DNA of 64,000 nucleotides from positions 1 through 64,000 of the forward strand of contig MCFE01000426.1 of the NCBI GenBank assembly GCA_002104905.1, in the 5' to 3' direction. The translations under genes and the position numbers were made by a program. Source of the DNA: Basidiobolus meristosporus CBS 931.73 (Eukaryota; Fungi; Basidiobolomycota). Under the pieces are notes generated by a model that was not told the DNA's origin, made no database searches, and saw nothing but the letters and a program-made list of their open reading frames with translations. This document shows positions 45,786-57,723 of this stretch, in pieces; position 1 is the first letter of the stretch, and the number at the start of each line of letters is the position of its first letter.

Positions 45786-46663
45786 ATGGACATTTGTTAT
45801 TCAGTCGACCAACGCAATAGCCGTATGAGCGGTTAAAAAGTATCTGTCATTCATCATACATCATTCATTCTCGAGAAAATAAACTCTCTTCAGCTGTTCA
45901 GAAAGCACGCGTAGCGCGGCACTAATTGGCGATTTAGGATAGAGTCATAATATAACATTTTTGGTTATTTTTGGCCATGTACGTTGACAGGCTCACTCGA
46001 AGTTATCGAAGCTACTTCTGGAGCATACGGTCAGCAAACTGTAGCCTGACTTGCGAGTAGCTTGGACTGGCATATTATATAATACCATGCATCAGACAAC
46101 TCTGAGTTTCACAGTGTTGTTTACCCTTTTCAAGCAGTTATTATTGGGGGACAATACACGATACAACTCCACCAAGTTTCTCAGGCGAATATTTATTTGT
46201 GTGACAAATAGCCTGGCTCCTAACAAACCGCGTAGGTTTTCACGATACCTCAATAAAAAGTCAACACGACCCCAAGATTGAACAGGAGGCGAAACTCACG
46301 CTGTCGATTGCCGAAATTGCTGTGGTGATCAGGATGCCTAGCACTGAAACCCCGACAACTGGGACGTATCTAGCCGAACACATGCAAAGGAGAATGGCAT
46401 AAAAGAAAAAGATGGCCCATGTTTACCACTTATCCCTCCCAAACATTATGCAAGCCAAAATAGGACACATTCGATGGAATCAATTTCAAGGGTCAATGAG
46501 AGGAATGATTAGCATGGAACCAAGCGAAAGCCAACGTTTGCGATCATCTACCATGCTGCATCTTCCCTTATGTTTTACGAAGAAAAAATTCGAAAATTTC
46601 GGTGTGAAAGAAATTTTGCTGAATTTTATTGCCCGGGTACATAGTGAGCGGGGGGTAGAATAC

Positions 46664-46673
46664 AAAATTTTCA
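46664..46673 (-). promoter_or_regulatory. RRPE-like element upstream of STM1
   Basis: TGAAAATTTT on the minus strand 70 bp upstream of the STM1 ATG, with related AAAATTT motifs nearby (46584-46630). Function is inferred from yeast only. Confidence 0.3.
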
Positions 46674-46742
46674 CGACCGTTTGGGTATCTATTTATCCTT
46701 CAAGGTTTGGTTTCTCTCCCCTTTCTCCTTACTAACATAATC

Positions 46743-47471
46743 ATGTCCGTTGCCTCTAAGAACCCATTCGAGCTCTTGATGGACGACGCTCCCGTCGCTG
46801 TCACTGCCAAGACCGCCAAGAAGGCTGCCGAGCCTGCCAAGAAGGCCGAAGCCGCCAAGACTGAGCAAAAGCCTCAAACCGAGAAGCGTGGTGGTGCTCG
46901 TGGTGGACGTGGTGCCCGCCGTGGCGGTCGCGGTGGTCGTGGTCGTGAATTCGACCGCAAGTCCGGAACCGGTAAGGTTGACTCCGAGAAGAAGGTTCAC
47001 CAATCTTGGGGTGATGCCAAGACCGATATCAAGGAGGGTGAGAAGCTTGTCAATGGCGAGATCAAGGAGGGTGAGAAGTCCGAGGAGGAGAAGGTCGAGA
47101 CCCCCGCCGAAGAGGACAACTCCAAGACTCTTGAGGAGTACTACGCCGAGAAGGCCCAGAAGCTTGCCTCCATGGGTATTGCTCTCCCCGAAACCCGTAC
47201 CGCTAACGAAGGAGCTGATGACTCCAAGTGGAAGGGTGGTGTCGCTCTCGCCAAGGAGGATGAGGAATACTTTGCTCCTCTCAACAAGTCCAAGGCCAAG
47301 TCCAAGAAGGACAAGAAGGAGAAGGTTGCCCTTAACATTGAACAACGTTTCAACGAGACCGGCAGACGTGGTGGTTTCGAAGGTCGCGGTCGCGGAAACC
47401 GTGCCCCTCGTGGTGCTCGCAGCGCTAAGATCAATGTCAACGATGAATCTGCTTTCCCTTCCCTTGCCTAA
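46743..47471 (+). CDS. STM1: Stm1/SERBP1 (HABP4_PAI-RBP1) ribosome-hibernation/RNA-binding protein
   Basis: MSVASKNPFELL, RGG repeats, REFDRKSGTG, SWG, KTLEEY, ETRTANEGAD and the C-terminal INVNDESAFPSLA. Confidence 0.93.
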   Translation: MSVASKNPFELLMDDAPVAVTAKTAKKAAEPAKKAEAAKTEQKPQTEKRGGARGGRGARRGGRGGRGREFDRKSGTGKVDSEKKVHQSWGDAKTDIKEGEKLVNGEIKEGEKSEEEKVETPAEEDNSKTLEEYYAEKAQKLASMGIALPETRTANEGADDSKWKGGVALAKEDEEYFAPLNKSKAKSKKDKKEKVALNIEQRFNETGRRGGFEGRGRGNRAPRGARSAKINVNDESAFPSLA

Positions 47472-47699
47472 ATTAAGACCTTTGATATCTTTTCTTAGAC
47501 TTTTGGTTGTTTATTCATGTTTGATTGATGCACTCTTAGATATAAATAAAAAACCAGCACAGAGCATCATTCTAAAATCCCTTTGTGCATGTTATTTATC
47601 TTCAAGACTATACGAATCAACTTCAACATGAACATAATCGAAATCACGTTAACGCATATTTATTATATTGCAACGAAGTGGGCTGAAACAAGAGGCAAT

Positions 47700-48498
47700 T
47701 TAATAACCATAAGCAGCAAGGGATTCGTTGATGGTCTTCAAATCTTCGCTCTTGGCAGCAGCGGCCTTGGCCTTCAAGTTGAGGAGAGCCTTCTTGCGCT
47801 CGTAGTAAGCCTTGGACTTGACCTTGCGCTTCTCTTCGAGCTTCTTGACAACATCCTCGTACTTCCATCCAACCTCAGAACTCAAACGGCTAATAGTGGT
47901 GTACTTACGGCCAGGCTTGAGACGGAGAACACGAAGAGCAGCAGGAACAACCATGCGCTTCATGGTGTCATATGGAGGGGGAACACCTTCGAAGAGCTTA
48001 AGACGCTCCATGGCAGCAGTGCCACGGGCAGTCTTGTGGGGAATCATACCACGAATGGTGCGCCAGAGGATACGAGAAGGAGCACGGAAGTGATAGGGAC
48101 CCTTGGAGGGGTTGACAACACAACGCTTGCGGAGGAAAGCGTGGTACTTAACTAAAAAGGCATTCGTATGAGATACTGTGGACATGGGATTAATCAATGG
48201 AATGGCATGTACTCTTGTTACGGAAGAAAGAGCCGGTGACGTTCAACTCCTCGCAACGAACAACAACGACCTTTTGACCGTTGAGGATTTGCTTGGAAAT
48301 GATGGAGGCAAGACGACCAAGAAGATGGCCTCTACCGTCGATGACAATCACCTAAAATGAGAAGGGTTGAGTATATGCAGGTCCAGTGATGAGTCGTTGT
48401 GATGTCATGGTAGCAGCTCTCTTCTGATGGCTGTATAGTGATAATTAATTGATAGTATAGAATTCTGTAGGCCTACACACCTTTTCGAAAGTGCTCAT
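47700..48498 (-). CDS. RPL16: 60S ribosomal protein uL13
   Basis: MSTFEK|[46 protein letters not shown]|[10 protein letters not shown]...[24 protein letters not shown]. Confidence 0.97.
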
Positions 48499-48735
48499 AG
48501 TATTTATGAATATATGGCAATTGCCGTTTATCGACCCGACAAGTGAAGAAAGAGGAAGAAAAAGGAATAGGTCCAAAAAAATATTTTATACCACCTGTTT
48601 GCAAGTCTATCAGGTATATTTCACCCGATTCGTCCTAATAAAAAGAAAAAAAACATGCTTGTTTAATGTTCACTCTGCTGGTAATTATCGTCAATTCCTG
48701 CTAATGAGTACATTATCGGTGGCTACTCTTTCGAA

Positions 48736-48743
48736 TCACGTGA
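48736..48743. promoter_or_regulatory. TCACGTGA E-box (Cbf1-type) in the RPL16/RPL30 divergent promoter
   Basis: The palindrome sits between the two head-to-head RP genes. A similar TCACGTGAC lies at 57992-58000 upstream of the NDUFA7-like gene. Confidence 0.35.
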
Positions 48744-49026
48744 TACGATGGATCTCTACCTTTTTTTCGTTGCAATGGAGCGTGAGCCAATCGAATTTCT
48801 TTCACAAGGTACTTCGAACAGGCAAAAAAGGCGAACACTTGAGAGATTCCTCCTTCTCTTTTCCTCTTGGTCACCCTTTGTCGGTAAGACACATTTTTTA
48901 ATACTGTTGAGATGTGTAGTAGTTACCTCCAACGAACAATCTACACATATTTCAACGCCATACATCACAGCGGACGGTTATTAAAGACGATTGGTAATAT
49001 TTTCTAGAGAAAGCTTTATCACGAAA

Positions 49027-49362
49027 ATGGCCCCTATCAAGAAATCCAAGAAATCTGTTGAATCCATCAACTCTCGTTTGGCTTTGGTCATGAAGAGTGG
49101 AAAGTCCACCCTCGGCTACAAATCTACCTTGAAGGCCATCCGTAACGGCAAGGCTAAGCTTATCATCCTTTCTGGTAACTGCCCTCCCTTGAGAAAGTCC
49201 GAGATCGAATACTACGCCATGCTCTCCAAGACTGGTGTTCATCACTACAATGGTAACAACATTGAGCTCGGTACTGCTTGCGGTAAATACTTCCGCGTTG
49301 GTGTTCTTTCCATCACTGATGCTGGTGACTCCGATATCCTCAAGACCCAAGAACAACAATAG
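49027..49362 (+). CDS. RPL30: 60S ribosomal protein eL30 (probable 5'UTR intron 48884-49007)
   Basis: [26 protein letters not shown]...[36 protein letters not shown]. Confidence 0.98.
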   Translation: MAPIKKSKKSVESINSRLALVMKSGKSTLGYKSTLKAIRNGKAKLIILSGNCPPLRKSEIEYYAMLSKTGVHHYNGNNIELGTACGKYFRVGVLSITDAGDSDILKTQEQQ

Positions 49363-49651
49363 ATTTTTCATCAGTGAAGTTCTATTGGGAGCGATTTGCT
49401 TCAGTTCCTTGATAAAATAAACTATAAATATCTTTATATTTAATACTGTATCTCAATGATTTCAACTGCCATCTACCCTTGGTTTGTATTTCATCTATGA
49501 GCCCATCATATGTTCTTCGCACAGCGCATACAGCTAGATGAGGTCAGTTTAATTGAATGACACGAAGCTTGAGGTATTAGATGTCATCTGACAGGTTTGG
49601 TGATTAATGTATATAAAGTCCGGCGAAGCTACTCATGTGTAATGGTCTGCA

Positions 49652-50776
49652 ATGGTATATAACTCTATTAGAGATTTGGCACTCTCCTTCTTTGTTGTTG
49701 GTCTGGCGATTCTTCAGATTCCCGTGATTTTCGCATTAACCTTTTTCGACATCCTACAAAAAATTGTTCTCAGGAGAGCCCACCCACGCCAAATAGTCAT
49801 CACTGGTGGAAGGTTGGAAAGTTGTATCCACGCTGCCGCTCCGTTCCCATTTTAACCTACTCTTTTTTAGCTCGGATATTGGGGAAGCTTTGGCTTTGGA
49901 ATATGCGCAACCTGGTGTAATCCTCCATTTGGTTGCCCGTTCACAATCGAGACTGAAAGCGGTTGAAGAGAAATGCAAGCGACTAGGGTGCACCATTTAC
50001 GTACATACAATTGATGTAGCTGATAATCGCACACTTCAAAAAACATTGCTGGATATATACAAGGACAGACCAATAGATTTATTAATTGCTGGTGCTGGGC
50101 AGGTCGACGACTTTCTGGATACAGATGAAGATCATGGCTTAGCTGTACCGCAGCGGGAAGATATGTACTCTCGAACATTTGATATGAACGTGATTGGCAT
50201 CATGAATACAGTCATGCCAATCTTCAACATAATGAAGAACTCAGGATATGGTGGTCAGATCGCCAGTATGCCATAGCTTCAAAGTACGAGATTCCCAATT
50301 GTATGACTTCTAACGGGCCCTTGCTAGTTATAGGATCTGCGTCGGGGTTCATAGGTTCATATAATATGGTTTTTTATAACGCAACCAAGGTAAGAAGGCA
50401 CCCTTAGATGATAGCTTCATACCGAGTATCTTGCGAGCGGTTAATTATCTAGGCAGCATTAAACACTTTTGCCAGAGATCTGCGGTATTTGGGGCAGGAG
50501 TGTGGAATTAAAATCAACTTAATCGTGCCTGGGCTCATCAAATCACCACTGAACATTCAAGATACCTCGTTTCCACGCAATTATCCCATCTTTGGAAGCA
50601 TTCAAATTCTAGCCCAAGTGATAAAGTCCAGCTTATCGCAGAATGAGCCCATTATTAGCTATCCCAATTATCAATTCATCGGTGTGTATGGAGTTGGTGC
50701 CTTAGTCCCTACTGTTCAACAATGGATAACTTGGTCTATTGGCTTGTTTAAGCCTCAGGATACCAAAATTATCTAG
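49652..50776 (+). CDS. Short-chain dehydrogenase/reductase with N-terminal membrane anchor
   Basis: Hydrophobic N-terminus, then IVITGG|SSDIGEALA (Rossmann, G->D variant), IDLLIAGAG, NVIG, YNATK (YxxxK) and INLIVPGLIKS; 3 introns. Confidence 0.88.
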
Positions 50777-51102
50777 TTGCATAGTCGCTGCTCCACACCT
50801 AGAATTGGTATGAATGATGAATAAATCCCCATGAGGCCCTTCAACAAGGCGGATAGGATCGATTAGGCTTCCGGGATCTCGGTATTTAAGTATCTCTGCT
50901 TACTTAACTAGAATACTGATTGGTAGATCCACTTAAAGTACACAATGTTATGAAATACTCGGAACTGTATCTGCAGTAATCAGCATGTCATTGGCGATCT
51001 TGGCATATAATTACAACCTCTGTATCTTAATATCTAAAGCCAAAAAATTTCTCGAATTTTGTGAATTACATAAATCTCATTCAATTTACAGTATCATTCA
51101 TT

Positions 51103-53110
51103 ATGCCACCTAACGCTATTAACACGATATCACCTTCATTAGAGGGCGGCAGGAAGAGGATTGCTGTGGTGGGTTCTGGTGAGTATGGTTAACCCCAAAG
51201 AGAATGCTCGTGTCTATCAGATTCTAATAACCCTTCAAGGTCTTGCCGGATTAACAACTGCTCATTTGCTAAGCTTGAATGAGGAGTACGAGGTGCACAT
51301 ATTTGAAAAGAGCTCCGAGTTCGGGGCAGATGCTGCTTCTATAACCTTGCCCATCAAGGATGAGAATGGCTGGACCGAAACAAGAGTAGATGTGCCCGCT
51401 CGGGCTTTTTCTCGTGACTACTGTACGCTCATCTAAACACGTTCAGTATGGGGAACTGTCTTGACTAATGTAATATAATTCCTATTGTAGACCCCAGCTT
51501 AACTGCCATGTACGAACACTTGGGTATATCTTTTCAACCAGCCGATTATTCGTTATCCTTCAGCGAGTTCGACCAAAAGCTAGAAAAGCCTTCGCAACCT
51601 ATATTCTCCTATCGGAATGTTAAATATAAAGGATACAGTATTCCTTTTCCGGATGTCTTCGAGAAGTATTGCGAAAATATGCCGGAGAGGACGCAGATTC
51701 TAGCTGAGTGGATGCGTTTCTCCATGTTTGCCAACGAGGCTGCTCGTACGAATAGTTTGTTGAGCTTCCCTGGATCTATTGGCTCGTTTCTAAAACTGCA
51801 CAATTATTCGGAGAAATTTCAGCATGCTATCTTCATCCCATTCCTATCCTCAATTTGTACTTGTTCTTATACGACAGTGGCGAACATGCCTGCCAGCGAC
51901 GTTCTGGATTTCTTTGCCACCAGCATTCTATCTGAGCCAGTACTGAAGGTCCGGGCAGGAATCCGTGATGTGTGCAAGAAATTAAGTGAAAACGTCCACT
52001 CGATTCGGTTCAACTGCACTGTCAAGTCGATCTACCGTGATGAAGAGCGGAGCGAAGCTAATCCCGAGTCCCCATCCCTGGTTGTGCAGACAGGCTCGGG
52101 GGAGAAGTTTGAATTTCATCATGTAAGTAGAGGCCTATTCGTTTGTCGGATGCTATTGCTAACCTTTTTTGATTTAAGGTAATCATGGCTACACAAGGGA
52201 TCAATGCCTATAAAATCTTTCTCCCCGCTTCACCGCCTAGTGCCCAGCTTAGTGCCACGGTGGATTTCAAGTACGAATACACGCTGGTCGTTACCCACAA
52301 AGACCCCAAGTTAATGCCCGAGAATCGAGATGATTGGAGAGGGATCAATCTGTTTAAGGCTACCAATTATCCACAGCAACATAAATCTCAAAAACATGTA
52401 CCTGAGCAGACGATTGGATTTTCCGATCAGGTCATGTCCACCATCTGGATCAACCGTGCAGAGGACAAAGACTTTGAAGAGAACATTTTCCAGGTTTTTA
52501 ACTTTCTATCTATCTCTTGCATCATCGGTGGTACTGATCTATTTCCAAGACTGTGAATCCTTTGGTTGAACCTGATCCCGCCACTGTGATCAACAGAACC
52601 TGGTTTCACCGATCGGTTCTGAGCCCTGCCTCCCACCATGCCATTGACCAGCTTCACCAGATCCAGGGAAGAGACAATATATGGTTTGTGGGTGCCTACG
52701 TGTATCCTGGGATTCCCCTTCTTGAAGGCTGTGTCCAATCCTCAATGGAGGTTTGCGAGGCATTGGGGGTGACGGCGCCCTGGGGTATCCGTTCCCACAA
52801 GTTCTGTGATTCTGGCAAACGTACTCATGGCCTGAGAGATGGCTTCAGTCGCGCTGGCTATGTAGATCATTACTTCAATAGACCCAAGGAAAGGTGTTCC
52901 ACATGGAGCATCAGCAGCCTGGTCATGTGCTTTGTGAATGCCATATTCGCTGCCTTCATGTGGTCGCTGGAGAACCCGGTTATCCGCAGTGAAAGAATGG
53001 CCAACGCAGTTATCAGTGTATGGTACCTGTTGGTGGCTTTTGTCACCCGAATCATTCGTTTCTTCGTTATGGCGTCGCAGAGTGTGCGCGATAGCAAGAA
53101 GCAGATTTAG
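51103..53110 (+). CDS. FAD-dependent oxidoreductase (COG2907/amine-oxidase-like) with C-terminal hydrophobic tail
   Basis: KRIAVVGSG|LAGLTTAHLL...VHIFEK, RVDVPARAF, ILSEPVLKVRAGI, VIMATQ, Q|TVNP...WFHRSVL and IQGRDNIWFVGAYVYPGIPLLEGCVQSS. Confidence 0.85.
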
Positions 53111-53570
53111 ATGCATGACATGCCTATATATACATATATACCCGCATTCTCTATCTGCTCCGCACTGGAAACTTTTGCGCCCATTGCTCGGTGCATTCTA
53201 ACCTTCAACATAATCCAGCCCGTTTTGTATTTATCCTTCGTAGTTGAGGGTTGATTTCCTGGTATAATTCAAGCTACATCACAGATTAAACAAATCATCA
53301 AAATAAATCCCCAATTTAATCGGAATTATCAAATCGGTTTGAGGGTACAGCTCCATCATCAATACTGCACGAAGTAGGGTGCCTTTTTAGGGCGATTCGA
53401 TGATGACGAACTCGAGGTGGCAGATAGAAGCTGGCTATATGGTGAATCCACCCGAATTCTTTTCCGGGTAGGATACTGATATTTACTTCGAGGCCAATTT
53501 ATTGCGTCGTTTTCATACACGAACTCTTTTCAATATACCACTCGAATAATTAGTTGTTACTTCTCTCAAG

Positions 53571-55257
53571 ATGGTACACTTGCCCGCCGTAGTTATCGAT
53601 AATGGTACTGGGTAAGTATCGTGTTTTCATTTTGAGTTCCAAAGCTCAAACCCATCTCATCTGCCCTCCATTTTCTACCAGGTACACCAAGATGGGGTTC
53701 TCTGGCAACACTCAACCCTCCTATGTCATCCCCACCGCCATCGCTACCCGTGATAATGTTTCGAGAAAAGCTGGAAACATCGCCTCGAAGCGCGGCATTG
53801 AAGATCTCGATTTCTTTATCGGAGATGAAGCCATAGCCAACTCGAAAACATACGGAGTCAGCTATCCTATTCGTCACGGACAAATCGATAACTGGGATTA
53901 CATGGAAAGATACTGGGAGCAGTGCATCTTCAAGTATCTTCGTTGCCAGCCTGAAGATCATTATTTCCTTTTGGTAGAATCAGCCTTCATCTCAGGACTT
54001 ACTTTTATTCTGACTCGAACCACCTTCACCCTCTAGACTGAGCCTCCTCTGAACGCTCCCGAGAATCGTGAACAAACTGCCGAAATCATGTTCGAGTCCT
54101 TCAACTGCCAAGGCCTTTACATCGCGGTCCAGGCCGTGTTGGCGTTGGCTGCTAGTTGGACCTCCGGAAAATCCACCGAAAAGAGTTTGACCGGTACCGT
54201 TATCGACAGTGGTGATGGTGTCACCCACGTTATTCCGGTGGTAAAGTTCGATTTCGTAGCGTTGAGCTCTTTCCCACATTTGACGTTCCCCCGTTGTTTA
54301 GGCCGAGGGTTATGTCGTCGGCAGCTCTATCAAGCATATACCCATTGCCGGACGTGATCTCACTGCATTCGTTCAACAACTGTTACGTGAGCACAACGAA
54401 ACCCAAATCCCTCCTGAGGACTCTTTGGAGATTGCCAAGCGCATCAAGGAAGAGTATGCATACGTCTGCCCAGACATTGTCAAGGAATTTCAGAGATACG
54501 ATCAGGAAGGCGAGAAGTACTTCAAAACGTTCGATGCTGTCCACAGCGTTACACAAAAGGTAACCGCAGGGTGTAGGTTCGACGGAATACTGAACATTCT
54601 CAAACACTTTGCAGTCTTATAAAGTAGATGTTGGTTATGAGCGTTTCCTTGCTCCTGAGATCTTCTTCAACCCAGAGATCGTTAGCTCCGACTTCTTGAC
54701 TCCTCTGCCCGAAGTCGTCGACAATGTCATTCAATCCAGCCCCATCGATACTCGACGTGGCTTATACAAGGTAGCGTCTCTATGGTTGACATCAATCCTG
54801 GTCCCTGTATTGAAGTGGGCGAATTGGTCCTAGAATATCGTTCTTTCCGGTGGCTCCACCATGTTCAAAGATTTCGGAAAGCGTCTTCAACGTGACATCA
54901 AGAGAATCGTAGATGGCCGTGTCAAGAGAAGCGAGGAACTTAGCGGAGGAAACCTCAAGGTTTGTTCGGCCGAACCCCATCCATCTGGTCACGGATGAGT
55001 AACATCTTTTCTAGGCCACCCCTCTCGATGTCAACGTCATTGCTCACAAGAAGCAAAGATATGCCGTTTGGTTTGGCGGTAGTTTGATGGCCACCACCGT
55101 AAGTACAGCTGCATGAAACCGGGGCCTTGATAACCATTACTAATCGAACGTTCGGCTTCAGGATCAATTCTACTCGTTCAGTCACACCAAGGCCGAATAT
55201 GAAGAATATGGACCTTCGATTTGTAGACACAACCGTGTCTTCAACTCGATCGCTTAA
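53571..55257 (+). CDS. ARP3: Actin-related protein 3 (Arp2/3 complex), multi-exon
   Basis: [10 protein letters not shown]|[46 protein letters not shown]|[30 protein letters not shown] and the end [14 protein letters not shown]. Confidence 0.98.
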
Positions 55258-56549
55258 GTCATCACATCTTCATCTAACCACCTTACACTCATTCGTCTTG
55301 ATCTTGTTATTTCCCGTAAATAAATCATCCTAAATCCCCTCACCATTCGTGCACCATTTGCCTCTGTTCTGCCTTCGTTCGTTCCACAATAGAGATCATA
55401 TGCCAGCCTAGTAATTTACACGGATCCAGAGCGGATGCAGGAAAGCGGTGTTGGGTGTCCGGCAGGCGTTGGTGCTAATTGATGGGTTACTCAATCATTC
55501 AGAGAATTCGCATTTGGGAAGGTATGTTTGTTACCGCAAAAGAGACAATGTGTAGAAGGGCGCCTAGACTTGCATGAGTACTACATTCAGGTAGATAGCT
55601 GACAAACTGGCGAATGGCTCACACCCATGTTCAGCAAGTCTCCCTGGCAACATATACTCCTGAGTCTCCATGAATCAATATCAGAGCCAGTGGTACATTG
55701 GAACTCTACTGAAATCCGCTAAAATGAAACCAATTTCAACCAGCATCAGCAGCCCCATAGCGGATGATGTAATTGGTTTAATTCCTCAAAACAGCAGGTA
55801 AGCCACCCTGCTGTGTCCCCGAAAGATCCAACCCAATTGTGCACCTCTCGGCTTACCATTTCCAAATGCCTTCCATCCGTTTGCTACGCGCCATGCCCAA
55901 ACTCACAAGGCCGGTGTTGGGCAAATCAAAGCTCTTCGGCCCGCAAATGTTTACCGATCCTCTGCTCTCCGAGGCCCAGGCAATGAATGTGTTTGACTCT
56001 TCATTGCACCAAGAATAACCCGATTTGCTGATCAAGGCTGGGTATCAGAGCATAACCAGTGTATATTTCCACAATGAATGTAATTTGGAGCTGTATCCTT
56101 CACCTGAACCACCTTAACTTTAACCCAATGGTTGTGTGACTCACCTCACCCGGCTCCCTCCAACGTACTTCGATGATCAATCCGACAAATTGCCGAAACC
56201 CCACCCCAGCGGTAACACATCTACAACACCAGGAATTGATCTCTTATCTAGACCCTTCCAACATTAAGCTGTCTTTGCCGAAACATTCTAGACAGCGTGT
56301 GGCTCTTCCACCAATATTGCGGTGTGAAACTGCCGCCTTAGGAATCTGAGATTCCCGACGCCTAGGTAATCACTTACTATTACAATGAACCACCAGTGAA
56401 TCAACTTAATAATTCTCCTTGTTCTTTCCTTTCATCCCTAAACAACCAATTTAGGCGGCAATATCCAACAGTCCTAATACGGATGTCACTGAGTATAAAG
56501 ACCAAAGAGCCCCTCCTGGAGTGGGCATCATCCTCGTTCTTCCGTCGAT

Positions 56550-56882
56550 ATGGTTATGTTCAACTTGTTCCATCATCTGAAATCCCAAAAAGCCAAGCAA
56601 CTGCGAAAATCCTCGCGCAAACATTCCTCAGATTATGCCACTGTCTCAACTATGGACTCCTCTAGTCTGAACAGCAACTCGGTCCAATCGTTCGAGGCGC
56701 AGAAGATGCCCGATATTCATGAGCTGGAATACATCTTGGAAAGCACCAATCGCAGCCGTTACTCCGAACAAGACGTTCACTTAAGCATGGAGCAAGAGCT
56801 CGATCTTGAGTTCGCAAGACTTGCTGGACTCTTGGAAAGAGGCGAGAAGCAACGCTTGACCTCGCAAGACTTCACCCCTTGA
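56550..56882 (+). CDS. Small uncharacterised protein, tandem paralog A (110 aa)
   Basis: Intronless ORF with a TATA-like box upstream. Its C-terminal 55 aa are 36/55 identical to ORF 57385-57723, which supports coding status. Confidence 0.85.
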   Translation: MVMFNLFHHLKSQKAKQLRKSSRKHSSDYATVSTMDSSSLNSNSVQSFEAQKMPDIHELEYILESTNRSRYSEQDVHLSMEQELDLEFARLAGLLERGEKQRLTSQDFTP

Positions 56883-57384
56883 ATAACATGATAGGGCCTG
56901 TAATGGTTGAGTGAAAAAATCACCAACCAATAACCAATGTGAATAGAGCAAAGTAATCACTGTAAATATTGTCATCACCCCCCCCCCCTCACCGACAGAG
57001 GATCTATTGACCTTGATACCTATAATAAATCATACAAGAATGTACAAAAAGTGATTCGAGAACAACCCAATGCTGATTCCGGACTTGGACACAATCCGAA
57101 CTAAACCAACTTCGTTTCATCGGGAAAATTGGAATGCTGTAGCACAGTTACTAGGATTCATATGTTGCAGGATGTATGTTTCACGGATCTTATCAAGCAA
57201 GGCACCAGGTTCAATCTCTCCTTCAAATGAAGTTACACTCTATGTGATACGATATCGCAAGCCTCTTTTCAAGGATCACATTGATGGATTCTTGTACTAC
57301 ATTGATCATGGTTTTTCATATACTTAAGGGAGACTAGCGGCCAACGACTTACCATCAGCACAAGCCACCATTTTATCTTCAACC

Positions 57385-57723
57385 ATGCAAATGACCAAAC
57401 TCTTCACTCAACTCAAAGCTCGCAAGAGCAACAAGAACCACGACCTCCAATTCCAGGAATTTCCTGACTGTGCCTCCCTCTCCTCATCCGACAACAGCAG
57501 CTTTAGCACTGCCTCGACCGTTTCAATTTCCCTGCAAGATGATCCTTCTATCGATGAATTAGATTACATCTTTGAGCTCTCCTCCAAATCCCGCTATCAC
57601 AAGCAAGATGTCCATTTGAGCTCCAAGAAAGAGCTTGATCTGGAGCTGGCTAGACTCACTGGGCTTCTCGAAAGGGGCGGAAAACTCCGTTTGTCGTCCC
57701 AGGACTACTACTCATTAGCATAA
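57385..57723 (+). CDS. Small uncharacterised protein, tandem paralog B (112 aa)
   Basis: Conserved core P.I.EL.YI.E...SRY..QDVHLS...ELDLE.ARL.GLLERG.K.RL.SQD shared with paralog A. Confidence 0.85.
   Translation: MQMTKLFTQLKARKSNKNHDLQFQEFPDCASLSSSDNSSFSTASTVSISLQDDPSIDELDYIFELSSKSRYHKQDVHLSSKKELDLELARLTGLLERGGKLRLSSQDYYSLA

Noticed and set aside
46689-47631. Long antisense/alternate-frame ORFs over STM1 (and similarly over RPL13, RPL16, RPL30 and the sorting nexin)
   Set aside because: Expected shadow ORFs from strong codon bias in highly expressed genes; no independent motifs.
48383-48430. C/D-box-like pattern (GTGATGA...CTGA with a short terminal stem) within the RPL16 intron
   Set aside because: It is antisense to the host transcript and only ~45 nt long, too short for a typical C/D snoRNA; likely chance.
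55400-56100. Possible small spliced gene downstream of ARP3 (e.g. MPSIRLLRAMPKLTRPVLGK on +, or ORF 55853-56035 on -)
   Set aside because: All tested exon joins hit stops quickly; insufficient support.
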